Counted from the first letter of the stretch, positions 29,217 through 39,733 are shown. The stretch is 64,000 bases of DNA from a virus (IMGVR_UViG_3300033463_000023:32001-96000), one strand, 5' to 3'. Program-made: numbers and translations. The notes: generated from the letters alone by a model not told the origin.

Positions 29217-29231
29217 CGCTATATTGAGGAC

Positions 29232-29522
29232 ATGGACATGCAGACGACAGTGACAAGACCCGCGCCGAAGGCCCCGGCCCCCCGCGGGAGGAAGAAGACC
29301 CACGCCAGGCCCGCCGTGCCCCCCGTGGCAAGGCAGGCGGAGAGAGTGACCGCGCAGATGTACGAGTCCCTGAAGGCCCCCGGCGCCCCGAAGGCGTCGC
29401 CCATGGGGTACATCATGGGGGCGTCGATGGTGCTGAAGCTGCTCATAGACCAGGCCGTGCAGCAGGGCGAGGACCGCGCCGCGCTGAAGGCGCAGGCGAT
29501 GGCGTTCATCGAGTCGATGTGA
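29232..29522 (+). CDS. hypothetical protein
   Basis: Operon spacing. Confidence 0.6.
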   Translation: MDMQTTVTRPAPKAPAPRGRKKTHARPAVPPVARQAERVTAQMYESLKAPGAPKASPMGYIMGASMVLKLLIDQAVQQGEDRAALKAQAMAFIESM

Positions 29523-29585
29523 CACATTCATAGTTTTCGGGGGTGAGAGTCCCCCATAAGTTTCACTAACACAATTTCTAAAGTT

Positions 29586-30575
29586 ATGACTAAAGAGAAG
29601 TACATGGCGCTTGCCGACTTCCAGAGCCTCTGGACGAACTCGATCAAGCCGTACATCGTGGCCGGCTTCATCGCGATGCTGGCAAGTGACGCAGCCAACG
29701 CCAAGAACCTCGTGCTGGCCGACGGCACGAACATCGCACAGTCGACGTTCATCGCCGCCACCGAGAAGGGCGCCAACAGCGGCGTGGCAACCCTCGACGC
29801 GACGGGCAAGGTGCCCAGCTCGCAGCTGCCCAGCTTCGTCGACGACGTGCTGGAGGGCTACCTGAACGCCACCGACGGCAAGTTCTACGAGGAGGACACC
29901 TACCAGACGGAGATCCCCGCAGAGGGAGGCAAGATCTATATCGACCTCTCCAACGGCAAGACCTACCGCTGGGGCGGCTCCACCTACGCAGAGATCTCAG
30001 CAGGCCTGGCACTGGGCGAGACCCAGGGAACCGCCTACGAGGGCTCCAAGGGTAAGGCCAACGCCGACGACATCGCCCTCCTGAAGACCGACAAGGCCAA
30101 CAAGAGCGAGATGGCCATCGAGGCCGTCAGCGGCGACTCCACCAAGAAGACCATCACGCTGAAGGACGGCCTGTCCCAGGACGTGATCGTCGCCCACCAG
30201 GACATCAGCGGCAAGCAGGACGAGATCGACGCATCGGGCATCCTGAAGGGTGACGGCTCGGGCGGCGTGACGGCTGCCGTCGCCGGCACCGACTACCAGG
30301 CACCGCTGGTGGCAGGCACGGACTACCAGACCCCGCTCGTTGCAGGCACCGACTACGTGGTGCCCGTCTCCGGCAAGGGCCTGTCCACCGAGGACTACAC
30401 CACGGCCGAGAAGACCAAGCTCTCCGGCATCGCCGCCGCCGCGCAGGTCAACGTCATCGAGACCGTGAAGGTCAACGGCACCGCCCTGACCCCCGACGCC
30501 AACAAGGCCGTCGACGTGACGTTCGAGATCCCCGAGCGCGTCAGCTCGGCAGACCTGGCCACCTTCGTGGTATAG
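29586..30575 (+). CDS. tail/head fibre-like protein
   Basis: GVATLDATGKVPSSQLPSFVDDVLE and GKGLSTEDYTTAEKTKLSGI fibre motifs; 3x VAGTDY repeat. Confidence 0.75.
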   Translation: MTKEKYMALADFQSLWTNSIKPYIVAGFIAMLASDAANAKNLVLADGTNIAQSTFIAATEKGANSGVATLDATGKVPSSQLPSFVDDVLEGYLNATDGKFYEEDTYQTEIPAEGGKIYIDLSNGKTYRWGGSTYAEISAGLALGETQGTAYEGSKGKANADDIALLKTDKANKSEMAIEAVSGDSTKKTITLKDGLSQDVIVAHQDISGKQDEIDASGILKGDGSGGVTAAVAGTDYQAPLVAGTDYQTPLVAGTDYVVPVSGKGLSTEDYTTAEKTKLSGIAAAAQVNVIETVKVNGTALTPDANKAVDVTFEIPERVSSADLATFVV

Positions 30576-30665
30576 GCGCACGACAACCGCGGGAGGGGAT
30601 GTCTTTTGACAGGAGACGCTACCCGTCCCCTCCCGTCTTTCCCTAACTCATAACGGAAGAAGACT

Positions 30666-31808
30666 ATGACGAAAGCAAGATACATGGCGCTGGCGGACTT
30701 CCAGTCCCTCTGGGACGGCGCCATCAAGCCGTGGATACGGAGCCTCGGCCTGGACGTGACGGACATCGCGTCCCTCGCCGCGGACTACGTGTTCAGCCCC
30801 GGCGAGACGGTGGCCCTCAACGGGTCGCTGTACCGCTGCACGAGCGCGACGCAGGCCACGCCGCTGACGCTGGCCACCCAGGGCGGCAGCCTCGTGTACG
30901 TGGAGCTGAACGGCCAGCGCGCCTACGCCGTCACCGGCACGACGCTCAACGCGGGGTGGCAGAAGGTGACGGACGTCGACGACAAGTTCTGGGCCGAGCA
31001 GCGCCTGGCCACGAAGGCCGCCAGGGCGACGACGCTCTCCGGCTACGGCATCGGCGACGCCTACACGAAGGCGCAGGTCGACGCCCTGACGAGGCACACC
31101 CGCCTGACCGACTTCGACCTGGCCACGCTGAGGAAGGCCGTCGCGGACCAGAACCTCGAGAAGTACGGGCTGAAGGTCGGCGACCAGAAGACCATCAACG
31201 GCAACGTCTACATCATCGCGGGCCTGAACCCGATGAAGGGCAGCACCCTGCAGACGTACCCGTGCACGGCGGACCACGTCGGCCTGATCGTCGTCCCCGA
31301 CGCCGCCGCCCTGGCGTGGAACGCCAGCGGCAACACCTACACGGGCGCGGGCGGCAGGGGCGCAGGCTACGCGAACAGCGACCTGCACTACTATCTGAAG
31401 AACACGGTACTCCCGCTGGTGAAGGCCGACCTCGGCGAGGACAGGATCCTCTCCCACGGGAAGCTGCTGACCAACGCCGTGAACCAGAGCGGCTACAACC
31501 GCCTCGGCGGGAACACGGGCTGCGCCTCCGGGCACGCCTGGGAGTTCAGCTACATCGCCGCCCTCTCGGAGGCGCAGGTCTGCGGCGGGACGGTATGGAG
31601 CTCCTCCGGCTACGACACCGGCGAGGCGTCCCAGCAGCTGGAGGTCTTCAGGAAATACAAGTACACGGAGCTCTTCGGCGTCAGCGGCGTCTGGCTCAGG
31701 GACGTCGTCTCGGCCACCGAGGCCGCCTTCCTCTGCGAGTACGGCCAGCCGTCCATGCGCGCGGCGACGTACCAGTACAAGGCCGCCGCGCTCGTCCTGT
31801 TCCACTGA
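30666..31808 (+). CDS. tail fibre/receptor-binding protein
   Basis: TTLSGYGIGDAYTKAQVD fibre motif; C-terminal WLRDVVS region resembling lectin-fold tips. Confidence 0.7.
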   Translation: MTKARYMALADFQSLWDGAIKPWIRSLGLDVTDIASLAADYVFSPGETVALNGSLYRCTSATQATPLTLATQGGSLVYVELNGQRAYAVTGTTLNAGWQKVTDVDDKFWAEQRLATKAARATTLSGYGIGDAYTKAQVDALTRHTRLTDFDLATLRKAVADQNLEKYGLKVGDQKTINGNVYIIAGLNPMKGSTLQTYPCTADHVGLIVVPDAAALAWNASGNTYTGAGGRGAGYANSDLHYYLKNTVLPLVKADLGEDRILSHGKLLTNAVNQSGYNRLGGNTGCASGHAWEFSYIAALSEAQVCGGTVWSSSGYDTGEASQQLEVFRKYKYTELFGVSGVWLRDVVSATEAAFLCEYGQPSMRAATYQYKAAALVLFH

Positions 31809-31823
31809 TAAAACGACAGAGAT

Positions 31824-32501
31824 ATGGAAGCAATACAGATCATAAGAGACACCGCGCCGTTCCCCGAGACGGAGCGCGTCAGCGAGGCGCAGGTGAACTT
31901 CTACTTCGACCGGTCGGAGCGCCCCTACGGCGACGGCACGCAGTACATGGCCGTCGTGGCGGAGGTTGAGCTCCCCGCCGAGGAAGGCAGGGAGGACGAC
32001 GTCAACGAGGTGAAGGCCCTCGCGCTGCCCGCCGTGAAGGAATACCGCATCGGCCAGATCGGCGAGTACGACAGGAGCAGCAACGTGAACTCCTTCAGCC
32101 TCGGAGCCGTCAGCATGTGGCTCACCGTCGACGAGAGACAGCGGCTGGCCACGCAGATCAGCGCCAACGAGGCCATAGGCAGGGAGAGCATGAGCAAGTG
32201 GTTCGGAGGACATGAGTTCTCCTTCCCCGTCGCGGCATGGAGGCAGATGCTCGTGGCCCTGGAGGTATACGCCGGCGACGCGCTGAACGTCACCGAGAGC
32301 CACAAGGCCGCCGTGAACGCCTTGGAAGATACGGACGAGGTCCTCGCCTACGACTTCACGGCCGGCTATCCCGAGAAGCTGGCGTTCCCCTACCCCGGCC
32401 CGGAGCCTGAGACCGAAGAGGAACCCGGGGAGCAGGAGGAGGAGCCCGTAGAGGAGCCCGCCGTGGAACCGGGTAACGAACCTAAAGGAGAAGAGTCATG
32501 A
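31824..32501 (+). CDS. DUF4376-like tail fibre assembly protein
   Basis: I.EYD.S.NVNSF...MWL...R...LEVYA...NVT..HKAAV...YDF..GYPEKL pattern directly after the fibre gene. Confidence 0.75.
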   Translation: MEAIQIIRDTAPFPETERVSEAQVNFYFDRSERPYGDGTQYMAVVAEVELPAEEGREDDVNEVKALALPAVKEYRIGQIGEYDRSSNVNSFSLGAVSMWLTVDERQRLATQISANEAIGRESMSKWFGGHEFSFPVAAWRQMLVALEVYAGDALNVTESHKAAVNALEDTDEVLAYDFTAGYPEKLAFPYPGPEPETEEEPGEQEEEPVEEPAVEPGNEPKGEES

Positions 32502-32770
32502 AGAAGAAGCTCATAACAGTCCTTACCGTCGCAGGCGCCCTGTTCAGGGCGAACAAGGGAGCGATGAGTGAGTTCACCATCCTCCTGCTCGTGACGCTCA
32601 TTTCCGGACTCCTGTCCGGCAGCGCCCTCTGCGGCGCATGTACGGGAACCGTCGCGAACGCGGGGCTCGGGAAGGTGCTCGACCTCCTCCGCCTCTCGTT
32701 CTCGTCCACGCCCCGCCCGGCAGTCCTCGGCATCGCCGTGGGCACGCTGCTGGCGCTGGCGATACTTTAG
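32498..32770 (+). CDS. small membrane protein
   Basis: Hydrophobic; ATGA overlap. Confidence 0.55.
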   Translation: MKKKLITVLTVAGALFRANKGAMSEFTILLLVTLISGLLSGSALCGACTGTVANAGLGKVLDLLRLSFSSTPRPAVLGIAVGTLLALAIL

Positions 32771-32813
32771 CCAACACAAAAAACGATTATTAACAACTTA
32801 ACTTTTTCAGATT

Positions 32814-33230
32814 ATGAACACAATTTCTTTTCTAAACGCAATGAAGGAGGTATTCTCCACTCTCGGTGCGAAAACTTCTGACAGCAACTATGGTGTTGCA
32901 CTTCTTGACAAGACCTCAGGCGAGCCCAAGGGCCTGATGGGAATGTCCGACCTCGCCTCAGTTCTGGGCGGTGCTATAACAAGATTTGTAGATGCAAATA
33001 CCATACTTTCAAACATTACAGATGATGCTAATGTTTGTTGGGGACGCGGAGTAGATACGCCATCTGATGCTCCCTTTTATGCCGCTGGTGTATGTATGGT
33101 GAAAAAAACACAATATGGGTGCATTCAAGTGGCATTTAAATCTGCAGGTGAATTTGACGGGTTTTATATTAATCAACGTTGGATGACTACCTGGTCTGGC
33201 TGGAAAAAGAGTATTGTGACCAATGTATAA
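32814..33230 (+). CDS. shufflon expression gene: 50-aa constant region fused to cassette 1 (adhesin/fibre tip)
   Basis: Only array gene with a proper AT-rich leader and ATG; site TTCTGGGCG at 32962-32970 after SDLASV; cassette ends WSGWK. Confidence 0.88.
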   Translation: MNTISFLNAMKEVFSTLGAKTSDSNYGVALLDKTSGEPKGLMGMSDLASVLGGAITRFVDANTILSNITDDANVCWGRGVDTPSDAPFYAAGVCMVKKTQYGCIQVAFKSAGEFDGFYINQRWMTTWSGWKKSIVTNV

Positions 33231-33236
33231 AATGTT

Positions 33237-33497
33237 CTGGGCGGCGTGAGATACAATGGAGTTTCACTTTCAGATTTTAATAACGCAAAACAACAAGGAG
33301 CTTATAAGATTGACACAGGAACCGCCAACTTTCCCACAGGTGCGTACCAATACGGATGTTTAGTAGTTTTTAATGCAAATCCTTTCTTGGTACAAATTTA
33401 TTTTCCTGATACGAATAGATTTGTTTTCGTTAGGACACTTTATAATGGCATTGAATTCAGAACTTGGAAAATGATATCAATGGAGGAACTTACATAA
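33237..33497 (+). other. silent cassette 2 (knob-like)
   Basis: Site 33235-33243; LGGVRYNG...DFNNAKQQGAY...TWK. Confidence 0.85.
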
Positions 33498-33574
33498 AGA
33501 GGAGGGAACTACCCCTCCTCTTATTATGCAAACGTAATATGTTTCCATTCTCCCCATACACCATTTTCGACATT

Positions 33575-33928
33575 CTGGGCGTGCCTTATAATACAACAGA
33601 CTCCGATACCTGGCTTGATACAGGTAAAGCTATACGTATTGCAACAAATTGCGGCAGACTCTGCGCTATGGTAATAACAAGATACTCTTGCTATGTGATG
33701 TTAGTAAGCGTATATGCAGGAACTATTAATACAGGTCAGTCTTTGAAGGCAAAACTCTCTGGAAGCGATCTTGGTTTTTATTATGTAACAAATGGCAGCA
33801 AATGTGATCTGTATATTACATCTTCTACGTCTACTGACTGCGTAGTAGTTCCTTTCTGGAACACACCACAAGGCACATTTGAGTTAACACCAGTTAACGC
33901 TTTGCCGTCAGGTGCTGTAGCATTCTAA
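33575..33928 (+). other. silent cassette 3 (non-knob class)
   Basis: Site 33573-33581; LGVPYNTT...LPSGAVAF*. Confidence 0.85.
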
Positions 33929-33932
33929 AGAA

Positions 33933-33956
33933 AAAGGGAGGCTAATACCTCCCTTT
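33933..33956. terminator. bidirectional hairpin between convergent cassettes (example of about 14 in the array)
   Basis: AAAGGGAGG-CTAATA-CCTCCCTTT; near-identical copies at 34241-34265 and 39118-39140. Confidence 0.75.
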
Positions 33957-33957
33957 A

Positions 33958-34236
33958 TTATGTTTGTGTACTAATCCATACGACATTCGCTCTATTTGTG
34001 TCTGACTTTGTAATTGTAATAGATGATGTTGTACATGTTACACCTGTAACACCTGATGCTTCTATTATTTGGGTTACATTTGTTGATCTTGAAAGAGAGT
34101 AAATACCAGGTTGGGAGGTCGAAGAACCTCCAACAGACACAATCAAGAATCCTGAAGCAGTTGATCTCTCTATTGTGATTTCTGAACTTCCAGCAGGAAT
34201 TTCATGCCTTTGATAAGAAAAACCACATACGCCCAG
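33958..34236 (-). other. silent cassette 4 (non-knob class)
   Basis: Variant site TACTGGGCG at 34230-34238; LGVCGFSYQRHEIPAG...WISTQT*. Confidence 0.8.
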
Positions 34237-34266
34237 TAGTAAAGGGAGGCTAATAACCTCCCTTTG

Positions 34267-34557
34267 TTATAATTCCTTCCATGATGACCACGAAACACTG
34301 CCTGGATTTCCCAAACCGTACCTTCCATAAGGAGTGCTGCTTGATCTGTCAATGACAATCTGATACCTATCGTAAGTAGTGTGTATATAAACAAGCAAAA
34401 AACGAGTTGAGGTTGATATTGAAGAAGGAAGATTGGCAGGAGCAGACGATGGTGCGCACATACTCCAATACAATCCTGTTCCTGTTCCTGCTTCAAAATT
34501 TAAATCAGTTAGATTACCAAAATCGCTGCTCTTAATTTTGGTAAAGAATGCGCCCAG
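34267..34557 (-). other. silent cassette 5 (knob-like)
   Basis: Site 34551-34559; LGAFFTKI...WSSWKEL*. Confidence 0.85.
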
Positions 34558-34824
34558 AAGGCTTGCGAGGTCACTTGCTGTGGAGCAATTAAAGCTGTTA
34601 CAGTTACCCCAATCAGACCAGCTTGTACCACTAAAGGTTCTTTGGATAGACCGAGCTAAGGTCGGCTGATAGACGGTCTGCACATATCTACCTCCTGATA
34701 CACCAACTACATCAATTGTCCCCGTATGTCCTCCGGGGAGCAAGTCTGATGAGCAAGTGTATCTTCCTGGTGTCTTCAAATCATCAATCGAATTTCCGCT
34801 GTATGTGGTTACTGCTCCGCCCAG
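34558..34824 (-). other. silent cassette 6: stop-less extender cassette
   Basis: Site 34818-34826; LGGAVTTY...WSDW..CSTASDLASL reads in frame into site 5. Confidence 0.85.
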
Positions 34825-34844
34825 AACCAACTTTTATAGCGGTT

Positions 34845-35099
34845 CTGGGCGTACCAACCAAGTTTGCAAAAGGCGCACTACAAGTATCTGCAGACAATAT
34901 TAACGAAGACGGGGCATGGTTTGTGTATGGCACCAGTGGGTTGAACACGCCTACAAACTACGGAATCCTCGTGTGTCGGAAGTCCGCGACCGCAAATTAT
35001 GGATATACCGGGGTACAGGTATTTTATCCTACGACAGGACAACTTTCTCACAGGATACAGACGTCAGGTAGCGAATGGGGCAGTTGGCAAAACGGGTAA
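34845..35099 (+). other. silent cassette 7 (knob-like)
   Basis: Site 34843-34851; LGVPTKFA...WGSWQNG*. Confidence 0.85.
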
Positions 35100-35136
35100 G
35101 ATAATAAAGGGTGGTACTTAATCCGTCCTCTGTTGC

Positions 35137-35397
35137 CTAAACAGCGATGCCTTCAAATTTTGTCCAACTCCCCCATGAAGATTGTGTCCTAACCCTACAA
35201 TGAATGTACTGTACGACACCACAATGGAACACCACCTGGAGTCTGTTATAATAAGAGGTGCCAAGTTGTAGCGTGACAATTAATGCGTATGCGTCTGGAC
35301 CGCCATGAGCATTGCCCGTAGTTAATGTCATGGTGTTGCCTTCAAGATCATCCAGGGAGGTGTTTTCTTCCATGCTAACGGGTCTCAGGCCGCCCAG
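35137..35397 (-). other. silent cassette 8 (knob-like)
   Basis: Site 35391-35399; LGGLRPVS...WGSWTKF. Confidence 0.85.
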
Positions 35398-35417
35398 AAC
35401 CGCTATAAAAGTTGGTT

Positions 35418-35717
35418 CTGGGCGCACAAGCCACCAAGCCAGTCAATATCGATACGATTAGAGAGGGTGTTTCCTTCTTGGTTATCTCCCGGCCGTTTTT
35501 GAGTGGGTATGAAGGAACTTTTCCTTCTGACATGCAGGCTGGAGGCTATGCGTCTTCTGTGTTCTTGATCAGCGCTGTTTTTATTCAAAACTCCAACGAT
35601 AAAATTGGCGTACAACTGTTGTATAACTGGAATGACGATACTCCAACAGTGCTGAAAAGCTGGTATAGGATATGGGGGTACAATAGTAGGACGTGGAAAT
35701 CATGGAATAGCATTTAA
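35418..35717 (+). other. silent cassette 9 (knob-like)
   Basis: Site 35416-35424; LGAQATKP...WKSWNSI*. Confidence 0.85.
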
Positions 35718-35742
35718 GGAGGCGGGCTCTGACCCGCCCCTC

Positions 35743-36102
35743 TTAACTGTATGGCGTCACGCTTAATTGAGTTGCGCCACTTGGCAACGACGCAGGGCTA
35801 AAGGCTTTTGCACCAATAGCAATTAACGACACGCTCATGCCCGTTACAGACTTTATGTATACCGATTTTCCGTCCATGTATATTTCAATATAACGGTTTA
35901 CGCCAGATTCAACTACGCCATTTTTCCCCTTGGCTGATACCGTTCCGCCATTCCCGTATATCGTAAAGTCTATCGTGCCGCGGCTGTCTTTATAGTCTGA
36001 GCCGATTATCCTGATACATTCGTACAGGTCACATGTTCCAAGATAGTATACCGCATTGTTGCTTAGTCCGTATGCGTTATAAACCCTGCTATTTACGCCC
36101 AG
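35743..36102 (-). other. silent cassette 10 (non-knob class)
   Basis: Site 36096-36104; LGVNSRVY...LPSGATQLSVTPYS*. Confidence 0.85.
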
Positions 36103-36122
36103 AATGATATAGTGAAGACATT

Positions 36123-36401
36123 CTGGGCGGTATTGACGATATATACAAAGGGTCTTTTGCTGTAAACGACACGGTTTCCATAGCACTAAGAGAAGGCTGT
36201 GGGGTATTCTGTTATCGGTTTAAAGGACAGAGCTCCGGCATAATCGCTGTTAGAGGCACGGATATCAAATATTTCACATATACCGATTATGAGGAAGCTC
36301 CTTTAGGGGCAAGACTGAGAGCTGGATCAGATGGTAGCACATTGACCATCACATGTACTCAAGCATGGAATAATCCGTTCCATCTAAAGAGACTGATTTG
36401 A
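36123..36401 (+). other. silent cassette 11 (non-knob class; absent from the ORF track)
   Basis: Site 36121-36129; hand translation LGGIDDIYKGSF...FHLKRLI*. Confidence 0.85.
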
Positions 36402-36405
36402 ATTT

Positions 36406-36689
36406 CTGGGCGATACAGGTCCGGCGATAACGACAGGATCGTGTAACGATATAGTCAAAGCTGGAGTCTACAGACTTCAACCAACTGTTAGCGACACCCC
36501 TTTCGCTTATACTACGTTGTTCGTATTAACGCGCTTGGGTGGTGCTGTCCATCAAATCGGCCTTGATGCTGACAATAGTTATGTGGCATACAGGGTCGGT
36601 GAAAATAATGTGTGGAAAAACTGGTCACGCTGCGACAACTTCGGCTGAGCACGCTTGCCGAGATGAAGGCGGCACTGGCTAATGTATAG
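36406..36689 (+). other. silent cassette 12 (knob-like; 1-nt deletion in the C-terminal tail)
   Basis: Site 36404-36412; LGDTGPAITTGSCNDIVKAGVY...WKNWSRCDNFG* (stop 36648); STLAEMKAALANV* continues in another frame. Confidence 0.8.
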
Positions 36690-36719
36690 TGAGGTGGGAG
36701 CAACAAACTCCCACCCATA

Positions 36720-37004
36720 TTACTCTATCGGAATATAGTAAACGGTAACCGTCGTTCCTGAATCAGCATTATTGATAGTCCATGTTCCCTGATTGTTTGT
36801 CGAAGGCGTCAAGTCTCCCACAATCTTTTCGTTTACATGGAATGTTACATTGCCAGAGCCGAGTCCTGTTGTTATGACAAAATAAACGCCACACTTCTTG
36901 AAGTCACTTTGAAACGCCACAATAAATCCGTGTGCGGTACTGTTTTTGAAAGCGGTGGCACCTATTCCTTTATTTATAACCTTCAGTCTATTATCTACGC
37001 CCAG
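36720..37004 (-). other. silent cassette 13 (non-knob class)
   Basis: Variant site AACTGGGCG at 36998-37006; LGVDNRLK...VYYIPIE*. Confidence 0.8.
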
Positions 37005-37013
37005 TTGTGATTT

Positions 37014-37259
37014 CTGGGCGTATCAAGAATAACTCCGTCAGATTTAAACACTGAGAGTTTCTTCGGAGTATTTAAAACCGACGGACAAACACAGAACAAT
37101 CCCGCTGATGGATCTGCAATGGTGGGCGTACAATTTAGGGGAGAGCCTCTTAGTACCGTCCAAATGCTTTTCCGTAGTGCCTATGGTGAAATATACTATA
37201 GGTCTGGTGTCCCTAACGGCCAATGGTATAAGTTTGTAGGAACGCCTGTTCAGGTATAA
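37014..37259 (+). other. silent cassette 14 (knob-like; absent from the ORF track)
   Basis: Site 37012-37020; LGVSRITPSDLN...QWYKFVGTPVQV*. Confidence 0.85.
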
Positions 37260-37292
37260 TACAATCGGGAGGCGACAGGTCTCCCGATTGTT

Positions 37293-37607
37293 CTACGCAT
37301 TAGCCAGTGCTGTCTTCAATTCAGCAAGTGTGCTGCAACCGAAGTTATCTACCCGTACCCAAACTGACCAGGTTCCGTCGTGTTTTGTTCGATGGTATAT
37401 TTGACCATTTCCTCTGTAATAAGCAGTTTGTGAAACCTCATCAGATGACGATTCGTCACTGGAATTTAATGATTTGACGGTTAAAATACAAAGAGATGGT
37501 TCTGGTATGTTTTGTGAATAACCTGATAATGTATAAGTTCCCGCTATCGTTAATGTATTAGCATCTAAAACTGATGTAGATACATTTCTTACGCCATCTG
37601 CGCCCAG
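37293..37607 (-). other. silent cassette 15 (knob-like with helical tail)
   Basis: Site 37601-37609; LGADGVRN...WSVWVRVDNFGCSTLAELKTALANA*. Confidence 0.85.
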
Positions 37608-37629
37608 AAGTTCAGTTGTGTGTAATCTT

Positions 37630-37875
37630 CTGGGCGGCGTGCCGTCAATGCACACTGCGGATTCTTCTATTGATGCGAACACCTTAGCTGTGCCCGGGTT
37701 TTATCAATCCACTGTTTTTACTAATACACCTATTGCCGTTGGCATTTTGCTTATGCCGTACTATGCAAACGGTTGGTGGAGGTTCCAGTTGTTTATAGAC
37801 CGCTCCGAAGGCCACATGTGGTTTAGGTGTGGCACTTCCAGTTCTTTTGATGCGACCTGGAAACAGATAGTATAA
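37630..37875 (+). other. silent cassette 16 (knob-like)
   Basis: Site 37628-37636; LGGVPSMH...DANTL..PGFY...TWKQIV*. Confidence 0.85.
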
Positions 37876-37901
37876 TATGGATAGGCAAAAACCTATCCAT
37901 A

Positions 37902-38156
37902 TTATACCGTCTTCCATGTTGCCGTTTCTCTGTGTCTCCAATATATTCCAGTGCTTTCCAGATCAAGAACGATGGTGATTATGCCGTTAGTAAGGAATTT
38001 GATTCTTCTTATGTAAACAGAGTTGCTGTCGGAGATGGTTTCAGGCAAACCTTCACACCTTACTGCATATTGGAAAACATAATCACCTAACGGCAAGTCG
38101 TCGAGTGCAAAACTTTTGTCGTTTGCCGTGATTTGTTTTACATAAGCTACGCCCAG
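37902..38156 (-). other. silent cassette 17 (knob-like)
   Basis: Variant site TCCTGGGCG at 38150-38158; LGVAYVKQ...TWKTV*. Confidence 0.8.
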
Positions 38157-38290
38157 GACAACACATGTAATATATGAAAGAGTAAAATGGTCAACATCTG
38201 TAAGCGCGTGGATAGCGTACCAACCACAAACGTAAGAAGGAAAATGTGGCGGAATTAGGCTAAAGAGGAGGGAGCGACTCCCTCCTCTTG

Positions 38291-38563
38291 TCATACCTCA
38301 CCCCACGATCCCCATTCTGTTTCAGACCACCTGGAACGTTTCCACAGCTTTGAGTTCCCTTTTGAGAGACATATCTGGAACCTGACATATTCCGATCGAG
38401 CGACAGAAAGCAGAAGAACCTCATTATTGTTGTCTGGGAAATTTAATGATGCTGGTGTTGCGTCCCTTGCAATAACGTCATGTACACTAAGGCCGTCGTT
38501 TATATTGTTGAGATTCGTGTCCACCTCATATTGAATGCCTTTTATTGCAAGCAATGCGCCCAG
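38291..38563 (-). other. silent cassette 18 (knob-like)
   Basis: Site 38557-38565; LGALLAIK...WGSWGEV*. Confidence 0.85.
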
Positions 38564-38585
38564 AAGATTACACACAACTGAATTT

Positions 38586-38843
38586 CTGGGCGTTATTCGT
38601 TATACAACCTTAATTCCGGCTGGAAGTGATTGCAACGACTTCAAACAGAGTGGCTTATATAATACAGCGGCAAACCTTCAAAATGCGGCATATGCTGGAG
38701 GTCATATTCTTTTCGTTATGAGAGCAGGAGAATATGTCGCACAAATAGCCTTTGATCCAACTGAAGGTAAAGCAAAGCTGAGAACTATAATAGATCGGGC
38801 CGGTTCCACGTATACATGGGTAAACTGGCAAATTATTGTATAA
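38586..38843 (+). other. silent cassette 19 (knob-like)
   Basis: Site 38584-38592; LGVIRYTT...WVNWQIIV*. Confidence 0.85.
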
Positions 38844-38875
38844 ATACAAGCGGGAGCTGCATGGCTCCCGCCTCT

Positions 38876-39118
38876 CTGGGCGGCATAAGGTTGTCCGATA
38901 GTGCAATTGCGAATTACGCAGACATGACAATGTCTGGCTTATATGTGAGAAATCCAAATACACCTCTCTCCGGCTCAGACATTAATATTGGGTGGGATGG
39001 TACATACCTTTTTATTGCCCATCTCAAATTTGGTACTATGGGCTGCTTAGATATTGCTACAGTATACAACCATACCAAATATTGGATTGGTTTTAGCAAC
39101 GACTGGAGAGAATTATAA
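38876..39118 (+). other. silent cassette 20 (knob-like)
   Basis: Variant site CTCTGGGCG at 38874-38882; LGGIRLSD...NDWREL*. Confidence 0.8.
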
Positions 39119-39138
39119 AAGGGAGGGTTTACCTCCCT

Positions 39139-39396
39139 TTAGATATTGGTCATTGTACATTTCTTCCAGGCAGACCAAGAAGCACTGCTGCCTCCTTTGT
39201 ATCTATGTCCAATTATATTCTCAGCGTTGCACGAGAAGAAGACTTGACAGGACATGGAAGATCTTATCATTACGAATACGATGCCAGGGCAGCTAAACGG
39301 ACTGTTAGAACTGTCTATTCTATAAGTTCCGGAGCCGACGGTGTTAAGAGTTTCTGCCGTCAGATCCGCAGAGCCTACATAAGCACCAACGCCCAG
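39139..39396 (-). other. silent cassette 21 (knob-like)
   Basis: Site 39390-39398; LGVGAYVG...WSAWKK. Confidence 0.85.
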
Positions 39397-39418
39397 AAGT
39401 TCAGTTGTGTGTAATCTT

Positions 39419-39673
39419 CTGGGCGCGGTTGTCATAATTGGCACGTTTTCAGATGCAAGCGAATTGGAGAGTCACCCAGTATGTGCGGGACGGGCGTCTG
39501 GATCTGCTACAGGAGTCCCGGAGCAGAATAGTTTTTATCTAAGCATAAAGATAAATGGAGATTACATTTTTCAGATTGGTGTAGGCAAAGAGTCCAACTT
39601 TATATATGTGAGGACAAAGTTCTACGGAGGATGGAGGAACTGGTGGAAAGCTGCGACAACCAAAATTGAATGA
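39419..39673 (+). other. silent cassette 22 (knob-like)
   Basis: Site 39417-39425; LGAVVIIG...WRNWWK. Confidence 0.85.
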
Positions 39674-39733
39674 TAGCATTATAACCATTCATTGCACAAT
39701 GAAAGAGACGGGTTGTTACCCCGTCTCTATTTG

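Noticed and set aside
30666-31808. Diversity-generating retroelement target (lectin-like C-terminus)
   Set aside because: No reverse transcriptase and no template repeat of this 3' end seen in the window; one could lie outside it
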